A stretch of 64,000 nt of DNA from IMG/VR virus record IMGVR_UViG_3300037851_000542, positions 64,001-128,000 of that record, one strand, 5' to 3'. The notes under the pieces are model-generated. The model did not search any database. It was given only the letters and a program-made list of their open reading frames with translations, and was not told the origin of the DNA. Of the stretch, positions 26,247 to 35,020 are shown piece after piece; position 1 is the stretch's first letter, and each line of letters opens with the position of its first letter. The DNA is from a virus. Taxonomy: Duplodnaviria > Caudoviricetes. The position numbers and the translations under genes were made by a program.

Positions 26247-26909
26247 ATGAAAGTTTTAGCACTAAGTGATACTCACGAAAAAGAACATCTGTTACTTAAC
26301 GATCCTATATATTTAGATTATTATGATCTAGTACTTGTTGGAGGGGATGTTACAGGAGACGGGTGCCTATTTAAATATGAGCAGTTCCTAAAGTGGTTAA
26401 ATACTATCTGTGCTACCCATAAAATAATTATAGCGGGTAACCACGATTTTCAATTTTACCTACCTTCTAAAAGAAAGGAAGCATTAGAATTAACAAAACA
26501 ATATAACTGCATTTATCTTGAAGATCAATTAATTGAAATTGATGGTAAAAGAATATATGGATTCCCTTGGACTCCTGTATTTTTTAACTGGGCTTTTATG
26601 TTAGAGAGAAAAGGGGAACAAATGCAAAGAAATGTTAATTTTATACCAGAAAACTTAGATATATTACTAACACACGGTCCTTGTTATAGCATACTAGACT
26701 CTAATAAAGCGGGGCACCTTTGTGGTTGTGAAACTTTAAAAGAGCGTGTAGAACTGATAAAGCCTAAATATCATCTTTTTGGGCACATACATAGTTATAA
26801 TAAGGAGGTCCCAAGAGAGTATATAACTGCCTCTACTACTTATTATAACATCTCTATATGTGATGAGAGAAATAAGCCAATAAGCCAGCCTAGGGTTTTT
26901 GATATCTAG
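26247..26909 (+). CDS. calcineurin-like metallophosphoesterase (MPPED-like)
   Basis: LSDTH, GGDVT, IAGNHD, LLTHGP, FGHIH motifs. Confidence 0.9.
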   Translation: MKVLALSDTHEKEHLLLNDPIYLDYYDLVLVGGDVTGDGCLFKYEQFLKWLNTICATHKIIIAGNHDFQFYLPSKRKEALELTKQYNCIYLEDQLIEIDGKRIYGFPWTPVFFNWAFMLERKGEQMQRNVNFIPENLDILLTHGPCYSILDSNKAGHLCGCETLKERVELIKPKYHLFGHIHSYNKEVPREYITASTTYYNISICDERNKPISQPRVFDI

Positions 26910-26937
26910 AAATACCCTTCTATACTATTTACTTGGT

Positions 26938-27297
26938 ATGGAAGATAAATTGTACTTTTACAAAGCTTTTTGCTATAACTGTGTAGACGGCGACACTATA
27001 GATGTTAATATAGACCTAGGTTTTAATTTATCTAGTCAAAATACAAGAATTCGGCTTCTACACATTAATACACCAGAAAAGAATAGAAAATCAAGTAAAA
27101 AAGCAGGGTTAGAAGCAAAGGCTTTTTTAGAAGAACAAATTTTAAATAAAGAAATATATGTACACTCCACAAAGTGGGACCACTTTGGTAGAGTGTTAGC
27201 AGACGTTTGGACTTTAGAAGGTCAAAGTATAAACACCCTATTAATAGAAAAGGGTTATGCTGTTGCGTTGGACCCTAATGATAAGAAATCCAAGTAA
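26938..27297 (+). CDS. thermonuclease (SNase-like)
   Basis: VDGDTIDV..DLGF, IRLLHINTPE, DHFGRVLAD, INTLLIEKGYA. Probable ATG at 26938. Confidence 0.88.
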   Translation: MEDKLYFYKAFCYNCVDGDTIDVNIDLGFNLSSQNTRIRLLHINTPEKNRKSSKKAGLEAKAFLEEQILNKEIYVHSTKWDHFGRVLADVWTLEGQSINTLLIEKGYAVALDPNDKKSK

Positions 27298-28043
27298 TCC
27301 CTAACAGTATTTCTTGAAATACCTAGCTCCTCAGAAATTTGATAAACGCTCAAACCATCTTCATCTAGGTCGTTTACAGCAATCTTTAGAAATTCAACCC
27401 TAGAAAGTCTTCTATCTGCCTTTATTTTGTTTCTTTGAGATAGATTTTGTAAGTTAGTCTTTCGTCTATGGTTACGAGCAATGCCTTTATAGAGCCAGCT
27501 GTATAGGCTAGGAGCTTGTGAACTAGATACCCATACTCTGTGTACTACGGTACCAAAATCTCGCTCCTCTGCCCCATAGGTAGCCTCTATACCGTTAGCT
27601 TTAAGCAGTTTAATTAAACTTTCGGCAAATACCTTAGAAGGTACTGTAAATCTTGGTCTGTCGCTTGGTGTTACATAACCGTGTCTCTCATAGAATCCCC
27701 TAACAAAAGAAGATTGCAGCTCTTTCTTAATTACGGGCAAAACTTTAGCACTCTCTTTAGCAAAGTACCATTTTTCTAGGGTCTCTGAAAGACCTTCAGA
27801 AGATGCTACTAGTCTAAAGCTTAAGGTCTGAGTATTAGTATTGATCTTAGGAGAAATCTTAGTATTGACCCTAAAAAGGTTTTTAATAGTGTTTAAATCT
27901 GACTTTTCTGTAGCAAGGACTTGAATCGCAAACTTATCAAATGTAGTATCTCTTCCACCCGCCCAAGCTAGATACCCTAATACGTAAGCAGTCTCTGCAT
28001 CTTTTATGTTCGATAACTTATCTAGATTAATATGCTTATTCAT
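27255..28043 (-). CDS. LAGLIDADG-fold protein with C-terminal HTH; catalytic acidic residues absent
   Basis: Motif 1 AYVLGYLAWAGG and motif 2 FVRGFYERHG, neither with the terminal Asp; C-terminal GLSVYQISEELGISRNTVRDYL HTH. Confidence 0.75.
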   Translation of the reverse strand: MNKHINLDKLSNIKDAETAYVLGYLAWAGGRDTTFDKFAIQVLATEKSDLNTIKNLFRVNTKISPKINTNTQTLSFRLVASSEGLSETLEKWYFAKESAKVLPVIKKELQSSFVRGFYERHGYVTPSDRPRFTVPSKVFAESLIKLLKANGIEATYGAEERDFGTVVHRVWVSSSQAPSLYSWLYKGIARNHRRKTNLQNLSQRNKIKADRRLSRVEFLKIAVNDLDEDGLSVYQISEELGISRNTVRDYLDFLSLGSNATA

Positions 28044-28059
28044 TTTTTCCTATCTAAAT

Positions 28060-30033
28060 TTAAATACTAGTTTGAGTCATTTTTAAAGATTCCATTTCTA
28101 AATCATAATCTACCATTTCTTTAACTAAACTGTCAAATGAAATTTTAGGTTCCCAACCTAATACTGTTTTAGCTTTAGTTGGATCTCCTATAAGTAAATC
28201 TACCTCTGCTGGTCTAAAAAAGGCAGGATCTACAACTACATACTCTTCCCAATTAAGCCCAACATGTTCAAACGCAATCTTTACAAATTCCCTAACGGAA
28301 TGGGTTTCGCCAGTGGCGACTACATAATCGTCTGCTTGTGGTTGTTGCATCATTAAATACATAGCTTCACAATTACCAATCACATTTATAGTACCAGAAT
28401 CTCTAGTAATCATGGTGCCGTTCTTTGTAGTTATACACCATGTTTCACTTACACCGTCGTTATAAACTTTACTTTCCGTAATATAATTATATCTTTTTCT
28501 AGCAGATATAACATAAACAATCCACATATTGTTTGAATTTTCCACTAACTGAGTTGTATTATATCCTGAAAGATGAGCTATAGATTGAAAATCGGCGGCA
28601 AGTTCCGATTTCTTGGAGTGGTAAGAAAGAGAACCCCATGACCCATCCCCATCCATCATTGCCTCAAAGACAATATGAGCTTGTCTTCTACTTAAAGAGT
28701 AGAAGTATTTTGGAACTCTATGTACATTTGGAGTATCAAACCAAGTTAAAATTTTTCTACTATCTTCAGCGTTAAAAATCCACTCACAAAGTCCGTCATT
28801 TCGCACCCGTTCTCTTGGAGAAAATGATAAAAGTTCTAGTGTAGAAAGTATTTTATTATAAACTTTTTTATTCTGAATTTTAGATTGTGATAGGGATACA
28901 CTTACTCCGTTTCCAGGTCTTTCAGAATTACCTGAATCCAAGCAACCTTCTGCCAATAACATGCCTATTAAATATAATTGAGGATCTATCACACCTTCTA
29001 AATCTGGCTGTTGATACCCAAAAAAATCTGGTAAAGCACAGCTATACTTAACACTATGGGATTTATTATGAACCATTTGATGAAACTCTAAAGCTGTACA
29101 AAATCTCCACTCAGAGTAATTTTTCTTGTGTCTGTAAACCTTTTTATACAGAATTCTATGGTCCGGTGTAACATTTATGTAAGAGTTTCTACCTTTTAAT
29201 AATACTTTTTCCCCATTGGTACGGTTTTCAATTTTATTGATTACAATATCTCTTTCTATGTTACCAGTATGTGTATTAAAATTAATTACCTCATCTCCTA
29301 TATTTAGGTCAGAATAAAACTTCCAACCATTGGGGGTAAGTACAGGAACATCTTTATTTATACAATAATCTTTCGCATGTCCCCAATCTCGCTGTGCATC
29401 TAAATTACCTAGTCTTAACTCTGATTGTAATCCTAATTTTATTCTAGCTACAGCATTACTTATTTTTCTTGTAACAAATTCTAGACCCCTCCTCGGACCC
29501 TCGTGGTTAAAAAGTATACCCGAAGTACAGAACATACCATAGCTTTCTCTATAATTGATCGTCATGTAGTGAGCAAACACTTTAGCTACTCCGTATGGTG
29601 ACCTGGGATGTAGAACAGTATCTTCTTTTTGTGGTACCTCATGTACTTTACCAAACATTTCAGAAGAAGAAGCTTGATAAAACTTAGCGGTAGGCTTTAC
29701 TTCTTTAAGTGCTTGTAGAAAGTTTAAACAACCTATACCTGTTATTTGGCTCGTTAATTCTGGCTGTTTCCAAGATAATCCAACAAAAGACTGCGCTGCT
29801 AAATTATAAACCTCATCTGGATCTGATACTCTTATGGCTTCCCTCAAAGAGGAAGGATCAGTAAGATCGGCTTCTAAAATAGTAACCTTATCTAGGACGT
29901 GTTTAATCCTAGAGAAGTTAGGATTAGCTGAGTGCCTTACAATACAGAAAACTTTATAGTTTTTTTCTAATAACAGTTCTATTAAATAACTACCGTCTTG
30001 TCCTGTAGCGCCACTTATTAATGCGGTTTTCAT
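28060..30033 (-). CDS. gmd: GDP-mannose 4,6-dehydratase containing an intein
   Basis: MKTALISGATGQDGSYL, YNLAAQSFV, FYQASSSEMFG, PRSPYGVAK, GILFNHE.PRRG..FVTRKI, LGNLDAQRDWGHAKDY, FRPAEVDLLIGD. Start 30033. Confidence 0.95.
   Translation of the reverse strand: MKTALISGATGQDGSYLIELLLEKNYKVFCIVRHSANPNFSRIKHVLDKVTILEADLTDPSSLREAIRVSDPDEVYNLAAQSFVGLSWKQPELTSQITGIGCLNFLQALKEVKPTAKFYQASSSEMFGKVHEVPQKEDTVLHPRSPYGVAKVFAHYMTINYRESYGMFCTSGILFNHEGPRRGLEFVTRKISNAVARIKLGLQSELRLGNLDAQRDWGHAKDYCINKDVPVLTPNGWKFYSDLNIGDEVINFNTHTGNIERDIVINKIENRTNGEKVLLKGRNSYINVTPDHRILYKKVYRHKKNYSEWRFCTALEFHQMVHNKSHSVKYSCALPDFFGYQQPDLEGVIDPQLYLIGMLLAEGCLDSGNSERPGNGVSVSLSQSKIQNKKVYNKILSTLELLSFSPRERVRNDGLCEWIFNAEDSRKILTWFDTPNVHRVPKYFYSLSRRQAHIVFEAMMDGDGSWGSLSYHSKKSELAADFQSIAHLSGYNTTQLVENSNNMWIVYVISARKRYNYITESKVYNDGVSETWCITTKNGTMITRDSGTINVIGNCEAMYLMMQQPQADDYVVATGETHSVREFVKIAFEHVGLNWEEYVVVDPAFFRPAEVDLLIGDPTKAKTVLGWEPKISFDSLVKEMVDYDLEMESLKMTQTSI
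28372..29364 (-). mobile_element. 331-aa intein with LAGLIDADG homing endonuclease inside gmd
   Basis: C1 in CINKDVPVLT.NGW, block B VTPDH, endonuclease motifs GMLLAEG and AMMDGDG, end TWCITT.NG...VIGN, +1 Cys. Removal restores DWGHAKDY-CEAMYLMMQQ. Confidence 0.92.
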
Positions 30034-30037
30034 ACTT

Positions 30038-30532
30038 TTAAACTCCTGTACTTCCAAAGCCTTTATCTTCTCTTTGAGTTTGATTTAACTCTTCAACTTC
30101 CTCTAGCGCAAAATCATTATTAAAGCTTCTTAAAATAATAGCTTGTGCTATTTTTTCACCTTTCTTTATAAAATAACCTGATATACCTGTACCTACTAAT
30201 CTGGAATTAGGATCTTGTTTGTAGATATCGGAAGTATTAAACTGGCTCCCATTTGTTACACGTAATGAAACTAGAATTTCACCTGTGTAACCTTGATCTA
30301 CTATACCTGCATTGGTCTCATAGAACAAGGCTTTTGATGACCTATCTTTTATCATTAACCAAAATCCTTTTGGGGGCTGTAGAGCTATACCAGTACTTAT
30401 TCTTGCTGAGTACCCGTTACAAATAAAAACAGACTCTGCTGCATAAAGATCTATACCTACATCCTCACTAGGTATAGACATTTCAACATTTTCTGGAAAG
30501 TTACTGAACTTTTTTATCTTTAAAGTATTCAC
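30038..30532 (-). CDS. dut: trimeric dUTPase
   Basis: GIDL, STGIA, DRSS, AGIVDQGYTGEI, IAQ, GFGSTG motifs. Confidence 0.92.
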   Translation of the reverse strand: MNTLKIKKFSNFPENVEMSIPSEDVGIDLYAAESVFICNGYSARISTGIALQPPKGFWLMIKDRSSKALFYETNAGIVDQGYTGEILVSLRVTNGSQFNTSDIYKQDPNSRLVGTGISGYFIKKGEKIAQAIILRSFNNDFALEEVEELNQTQREDKGFGSTGV

Positions 30533-30906
30533 AGACTGTCTCTCAAAATTAAAATTGAACCAATACCAATAAGTGAATTGTCAAATAAATCTTTTGATAC
30601 CTCTAAAGCGTATCTATACCACGAATTACCTGCACACACCTTCGACTTATCGCCTGCCCTCAGATGAATAAAATCTGAAACTGCACCTACTTTTCCATAC
30701 ATATCTTCTATAAGAAGGACTGTAATATTTTCATTAACCCCTGTATTATGAAACGATAATGGCATTTTAGTTTTAAAGTCAAATAAAATAGAATGAGTAT
30801 TACCTAAAGGGGGTACTAATTTAGCGCCCCCCTTATACTCAGAGATTGTATTAGGTACATAAGCTACTAATGAAATATTATTTAATGTTATAAGTATTTC
30901 ATTCAT
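30529..30906 (-). CDS. hypothetical protein, weak DUF192-like resemblance
   Basis: ILFDF...SFHNTGV...YALEV loosely recalls DUF192; unverified. Confidence 0.5.
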   Translation of the reverse strand: MNEILITLNNISLVAYVPNTISEYKGGAKLVPPLGNTHSILFDFKTKMPLSFHNTGVNENITVLLIEDMYGKVGAVSDFIHLRAGDKSKVCAGNSWYRYALEVSKDLFDNSLIGIGSILILRDSL

Positions 30907-30907
30907 A

Positions 30908-31258
30908 CTAACGTATTGAAACCCTAGGTAATGCTCTAGTTATTTGATCTAGTACTTTTACAATTTCATCATTTTTAGCGTTAACTGCATCGCCAACTGC
31001 TATAAGCTGAGTTAATCTAGTTTGACCTAATTTAATTGTAGTTAATAGAAACTCTAAATCAGTATAGCTTATGTTAACATCTTTAAAGTCTGCTGATTCA
31101 CTAGAATTCCTTAAGTTCTCTACTATACTTAGAGCTTTAGAAAATCTAACATTCTCTTTTTCAAATAAACTCTTCTCTTGCACAACTGGGGAAACGCTTT
31201 GAGCTTCGTTTAGTGCTTCTTCTACTTCTGGGTTTATTTTTTGTAACATAGTATTCAT
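30908..31258 (-). CDS. hypothetical coiled-coil protein
   Basis: 116 aa ORF in a tight operon. Confidence 0.7.
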   Translation of the reverse strand: MNTMLQKINPEVEEALNEAQSVSPVVQEKSLFEKENVRFSKALSIVENLRNSSESADFKDVNISYTDLEFLLTTIKLGQTRLTQLIAVGDAVNAKNDEIVKVLDQITRALPRVSIR

Positions 31259-31716
31259 TATTTTCTCCTAACTTTTTTATTACGTCTCTTTCCTATTTTT
31301 AAACTCTCTCTAACTTTTAAAACCTTTTCTTGTCTTTCAGTATTAAGTCTCTGAGAAAATTCATTAGCTATATCTGGGAACTTTTTTAGAAAAAACTCAA
31401 ACCTTGTGCCGTCCAAGATGTAGTCCTCTAAAGACATATTATGATTGCCTGGTTTTTGACATAGCTTTAAAACTCTATTAATTAAGGTTTCATCTTGAGC
31501 TATCCTTAGCGATATTTCAACTAATGCCCATTTTTTAGCGCTAGGTTTTTCTGTAATGTTACCATCTAAGTCCATCACAGTTTCTGTTTTAATATTACTT
31601 ATTTCAAAACTTGACTGCTCTCCTGTTGCTGTTGCAACCCTAGTAAGAGCTTCAGCCATCTCACTTTCCATTGATCCAGTTAATCCAGAAACATCTGAAG
31701 GACTTGTTGTATCCAT
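31258..31716 (-). CDS. hypothetical protein
   Basis: 152 aa ORF, AAGGA RBS, basic C-terminus. Confidence 0.72.
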   Translation of the reverse strand: MDTTSPSDVSGLTGSMESEMAEALTRVATATGEQSSFEISNIKTETVMDLDGNITEKPSAKKWALVEISLRIAQDETLINRVLKLCQKPGNHNMSLEDYILDGTRFEFFLKKFPDIANEFSQRLNTERQEKVLKVRESLKIGKRRNKKVRRK

Positions 31717-31736
31717 TATTTTCCTTATGAGTAGTT

Positions 31737-32771
31737 TTAATAATCAAAACACAGTTCTTTTAAATCTTTTAACTCTAAGTATCCTATCATAGATCCTTTA
31801 CTATATCTAGATATTTTATAACTAATTGGTTCATTATTTTTATTAACAAAGACGCTAAGCAGTAATCCAGTTTTTAGATTAATTTTAGGCAACCTGTGTG
31901 GCATCTTTTCAGATTTGGTAGTATGTACAGAAAGCATAATACTTTCAAAAGTATCCCTATTAATTAACCTGAAAACGTCCCCCTTAAGTCTTAAGACAGT
32001 TACATTATTAAAAATCTTGTCGGTTACTGGGCAATCTTGATTTAAAGTACTTATAAAACCTTCTGCTACCTCGGTGTACCATTTTCTTGTGGATTGTGGT
32101 ATAGAAAGATATTCCTTTAAAATATAATCTAGGTTGCAAGACTTATAATGCTGTAGGTTATGTTTGACTAGTTTTGTTTCTAGCTGTACTGCTTTATTGT
32201 TTAAACTTTTTATAGTTTGATTATTACTTAGGTGTGCAGGATCGTCTATATGACTATGTATCTTAGTTAAGGTAGTATTAGTTTCTACCTTTAAGCCTAA
32301 CTCTGCTATCTTAGAAAATAATAACTTAACCCATTTTTTCAAAGCAGGTTTACCTAGGGCTTCAAACCATTGATTACTATGGTTTACTACTCCTATTGTA
32401 TTTAAGTCGCCTATGTCAAAAATAACAACATTATACTGACTTCTTAATACACTTATCCTTGCTCTATGCCTATTATCTAAATATGCATAAGAAGTTGGCA
32501 GTATCAACAAGTACACAGGTTTATTATCTACTTTAAAAGAGTTTAACTGGGCTGTAACTATATAACTGTTATGAGATTTTAATTCTAACTCATCTATTGT
32601 GTTTTTACCTTTTTTTACAGTAAACTTGCTTGCTAAATTTAATTTAATATCGTGTTTAAATGGTATATTGCATAAATATAAAAACTTATACAGAACTAGT
32701 TTACTGTCCTTAAATCTTAAAAAGGGATCAGCATTACTTTTGACTACATCTGGTCTATCTAAGTTAGTCAT
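31737..32771 (-). CDS. hypothetical protein
   Basis: 344 aa basic ORF coupled to the DNA polymerase stop. Confidence 0.72.
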   Translation of the reverse strand: MTNLDRPDVVKSNADPFLRFKDSKLVLYKFLYLCNIPFKHDIKLNLASKFTVKKGKNTIDELELKSHNSYIVTAQLNSFKVDNKPVYLLILPTSYAYLDNRHRARISVLRSQYNVVIFDIGDLNTIGVVNHSNQWFEALGKPALKKWVKLLFSKIAELGLKVETNTTLTKIHSHIDDPAHLSNNQTIKSLNNKAVQLETKLVKHNLQHYKSCNLDYILKEYLSIPQSTRKWYTEVAEGFISTLNQDCPVTDKIFNNVTVLRLKGDVFRLINRDTFESIMLSVHTTKSEKMPHRLPKINLKTGLLLSVFVNKNNEPISYKISRYSKGSMIGYLELKDLKELCFDY

Positions 32772-35020
32772 TATTTCATCCAGTGTGGGTTAATATGTCC
32801 TTCTACTTTACCTTTAACAAAAGGGCAGTATTCTTTAAACGCACTAATCATACACTTTTCTACCATAGTTTTGCAGTCCTCTGCTGAGGAGTCTATTACT
32901 TCTACTACCATCTCATCGTGCACTAGTGCTACTATTCTGGCATCCATTTTTGTGTCTCTTATAGTTTGAAACACATTGTTTGCCGCTTTTTTTAACATAT
33001 CTCCTGCGGTACCTTGAATTACGTGGTTACCTGCTTGTCTATCAATTCTTCTTTTTATACTTTTAGTTATTTTTTCCTTAACAAGATCTATATTTTCTGG
33101 GGTTATTGGTAGAAGGTATTCATAGTTCTTCTTGGCTTCTTCTGTTAACTCAGCAACTCCTAGACTTCTTATATGTCTTATGTATCTATAAGGCTCAGAA
33201 TATAACCTTCGTCGTCCTAGTACTGTATTGGAGTATAAACTTTTGTGAGATTTTTTAGAAAAAAGTGGCATTACTTTTGCCAAATAAGGATATGCTTGCC
33301 AGTATTTATCTAATATGACCTGTGCATCAACATCTGTTATTCTTAACTGTTGGGCTAAGTTATAAGCACTAGAACCGTAAAGAGAGGCAAATGACGCTAC
33401 TTTAGCTCCAGTTCTTTTTTCAACCCACTCTTTATCTTCTTCTACTTTACACTTTTGAAAAACCTGTTCATACGAAATCTTTTCCATCAAACTGACTGTA
33501 TAACAATGAAGATCTTTATCTTCATTAATGGCACTAAGCATAAAAGGGTCTTGACTAACGCACGCGGCAATACATAGCTCCTGCGCACTATAATCTAAAA
33601 TTACAAACTTATAACCCTCTCTAGCTACAAAACATTCCCTCAACCCGTATCTATTTTTAGAAGCTTCTTTATCTGCCCAAGGTACTTTTCTAGGGATTTG
33701 TTGAATATTAGGGTTTTTTACTGATATACGTCCAGTGTCAACCATTTGATTTATATTTGGATATAACCTAGACGTATCCTCGTTAACAAGTGCAGTAAGG
33801 CTAGTTCCAAAAGCAGAGTTTAATTTAGATATTTTTCTATATTTAGATAGGGCAGTTAATATTTGCCCATTATAGATATATTTATCCCTTTCACTTTGAG
33901 GGATGTTTTTAGTCGCAGCTAACATCTTCAGATCCATCTCTAGGTTTTCTAGCTCCATAGCATCCGTGGATTTAATGCCTAAGAATCCTACATTATACAA
34001 GGCTCTTAGTAGCTGCTCTGGTGACTCTAGGTTAATTGCCGCCACACCTAATAAAGTTTTTTGACTGCTAGAAGGACTTAATAATTTTAAAACCTCGTGT
34101 TTAAGGCTTTTATGATCGGCACATAAATTTTCTATAACTTCTGCGTGCCTATCTAGATCAAAAGATATACCGTTTAACTCCATATCAATTACAACTTCTA
34201 GAAAGTCAAACTCAAGTTTAGCTGTAGGCCATAAACTTAGTTCGGGAGGAAATACTCTTAAATATTCCTTTCTTTCTTCCTCTGTACTTAGTTGTCTAAC
34301 TACTTGCTCGTTAAAAATAATATTAGCACTGCACTTCTTTAGTTCTTCATACTGCTGTTTTGCTATTTTAAATACAGTATCGTAGGCTACATCTTGCGAT
34401 GCGTAAGCTAACTGAGCTGGTGACAATTGATCTCCTGGTTGCATACCTTCAAAAGATCTTTGCATTCTTTTCTTAGCATTTTCTACCTTAATTTCCGAAT
34501 CAAAAGAGGATGAGCCTAAGTCGTTTCCTACAAACTTTAGCTCTCTTCCTAGTCTACGTTGTATAACGGCGTCCAATGAAAGAGGTGTTCTATTCTGATT
34601 ACCCAGATACAATAATTTTTCTGCCACAAAAGTGTCAAAGAAATTAGTAAGAGTTATTTTATAATGATAATTAATAAATTTAGCATCAAACTTTAAGTTA
34701 TGTCCTAATTTCCAAAAAGGTTTTAAGAGAAATTTTCTAATTATATCTCTGTCTACCCTTGAGGTGTCAAATATAAATTGCTCGTTTTTAGATGTTCCTA
34801 ACTGCAAGGATAGTATCTCTGAATCAAAGTGACTTAAACCTGTGGTTTCTATGTCGAGCCCTATTAAACATTGGGGATTAGACAACATAGGGTCTAAGTA
34901 GTCAAATACTTCTAATGCTAATTTATCATTATCTACTTGGAGATAGTTAACAGTACAAGGTAAAATTAGGGTTTCACCCCCGTCCAGATGAATTTCTGAT
35001 ATTGTCGTAAACTCGAACAT
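32771..35020 (-). CDS. polA: family A DNA polymerase with 3'-5' exonuclease
   Basis: Exo I DIETTG, Exo II GHNLKFD, Exo III YASQD; TGRIS..NPNIQQIP; motif A DYSAQEL; motif B R..AK...F...YG; motif C VHDEMV. Confidence 0.94.
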   Translation of the reverse strand: MFEFTTISEIHLDGGETLILPCTVNYLQVDNDKLALEVFDYLDPMLSNPQCLIGLDIETTGLSHFDSEILSLQLGTSKNEQFIFDTSRVDRDIIRKFLLKPFWKLGHNLKFDAKFINYHYKITLTNFFDTFVAEKLLYLGNQNRTPLSLDAVIQRRLGRELKFVGNDLGSSSFDSEIKVENAKKRMQRSFEGMQPGDQLSPAQLAYASQDVAYDTVFKIAKQQYEELKKCSANIIFNEQVVRQLSTEEERKEYLRVFPPELSLWPTAKLEFDFLEVVIDMELNGISFDLDRHAEVIENLCADHKSLKHEVLKLLSPSSSQKTLLGVAAINLESPEQLLRALYNVGFLGIKSTDAMELENLEMDLKMLAATKNIPQSERDKYIYNGQILTALSKYRKISKLNSAFGTSLTALVNEDTSRLYPNINQMVDTGRISVKNPNIQQIPRKVPWADKEASKNRYGLRECFVAREGYKFVILDYSAQELCIAACVSQDPFMLSAINEDKDLHCYTVSLMEKISYEQVFQKCKVEEDKEWVEKRTGAKVASFASLYGSSAYNLAQQLRITDVDAQVILDKYWQAYPYLAKVMPLFSKKSHKSLYSNTVLGRRRLYSEPYRYIRHIRSLGVAELTEEAKKNYEYLLPITPENIDLVKEKITKSIKRRIDRQAGNHVIQGTAGDMLKKAANNVFQTIRDTKMDARIVALVHDEMVVEVIDSSAEDCKTMVEKCMISAFKEYCPFVKGKVEGHINPHWMK

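Noticed and set aside
30034-30057. ORF-track start of gmd at 30057 (MEVQEFKS)
   Set aside because: It overlaps the dut 3' end, and Gmd homologues begin at MKTALI (30033).
32771-35020. Polymerase motif variants (DYSAQELC, KVASFAS) as a sign of modified-base incorporation
   Set aside because: The catalytic Asp residues and the Phe at the Pol I 762-equivalent position are kept; the divergence is within what phage family A polymerases show, and no claim can be supported without an alignment.
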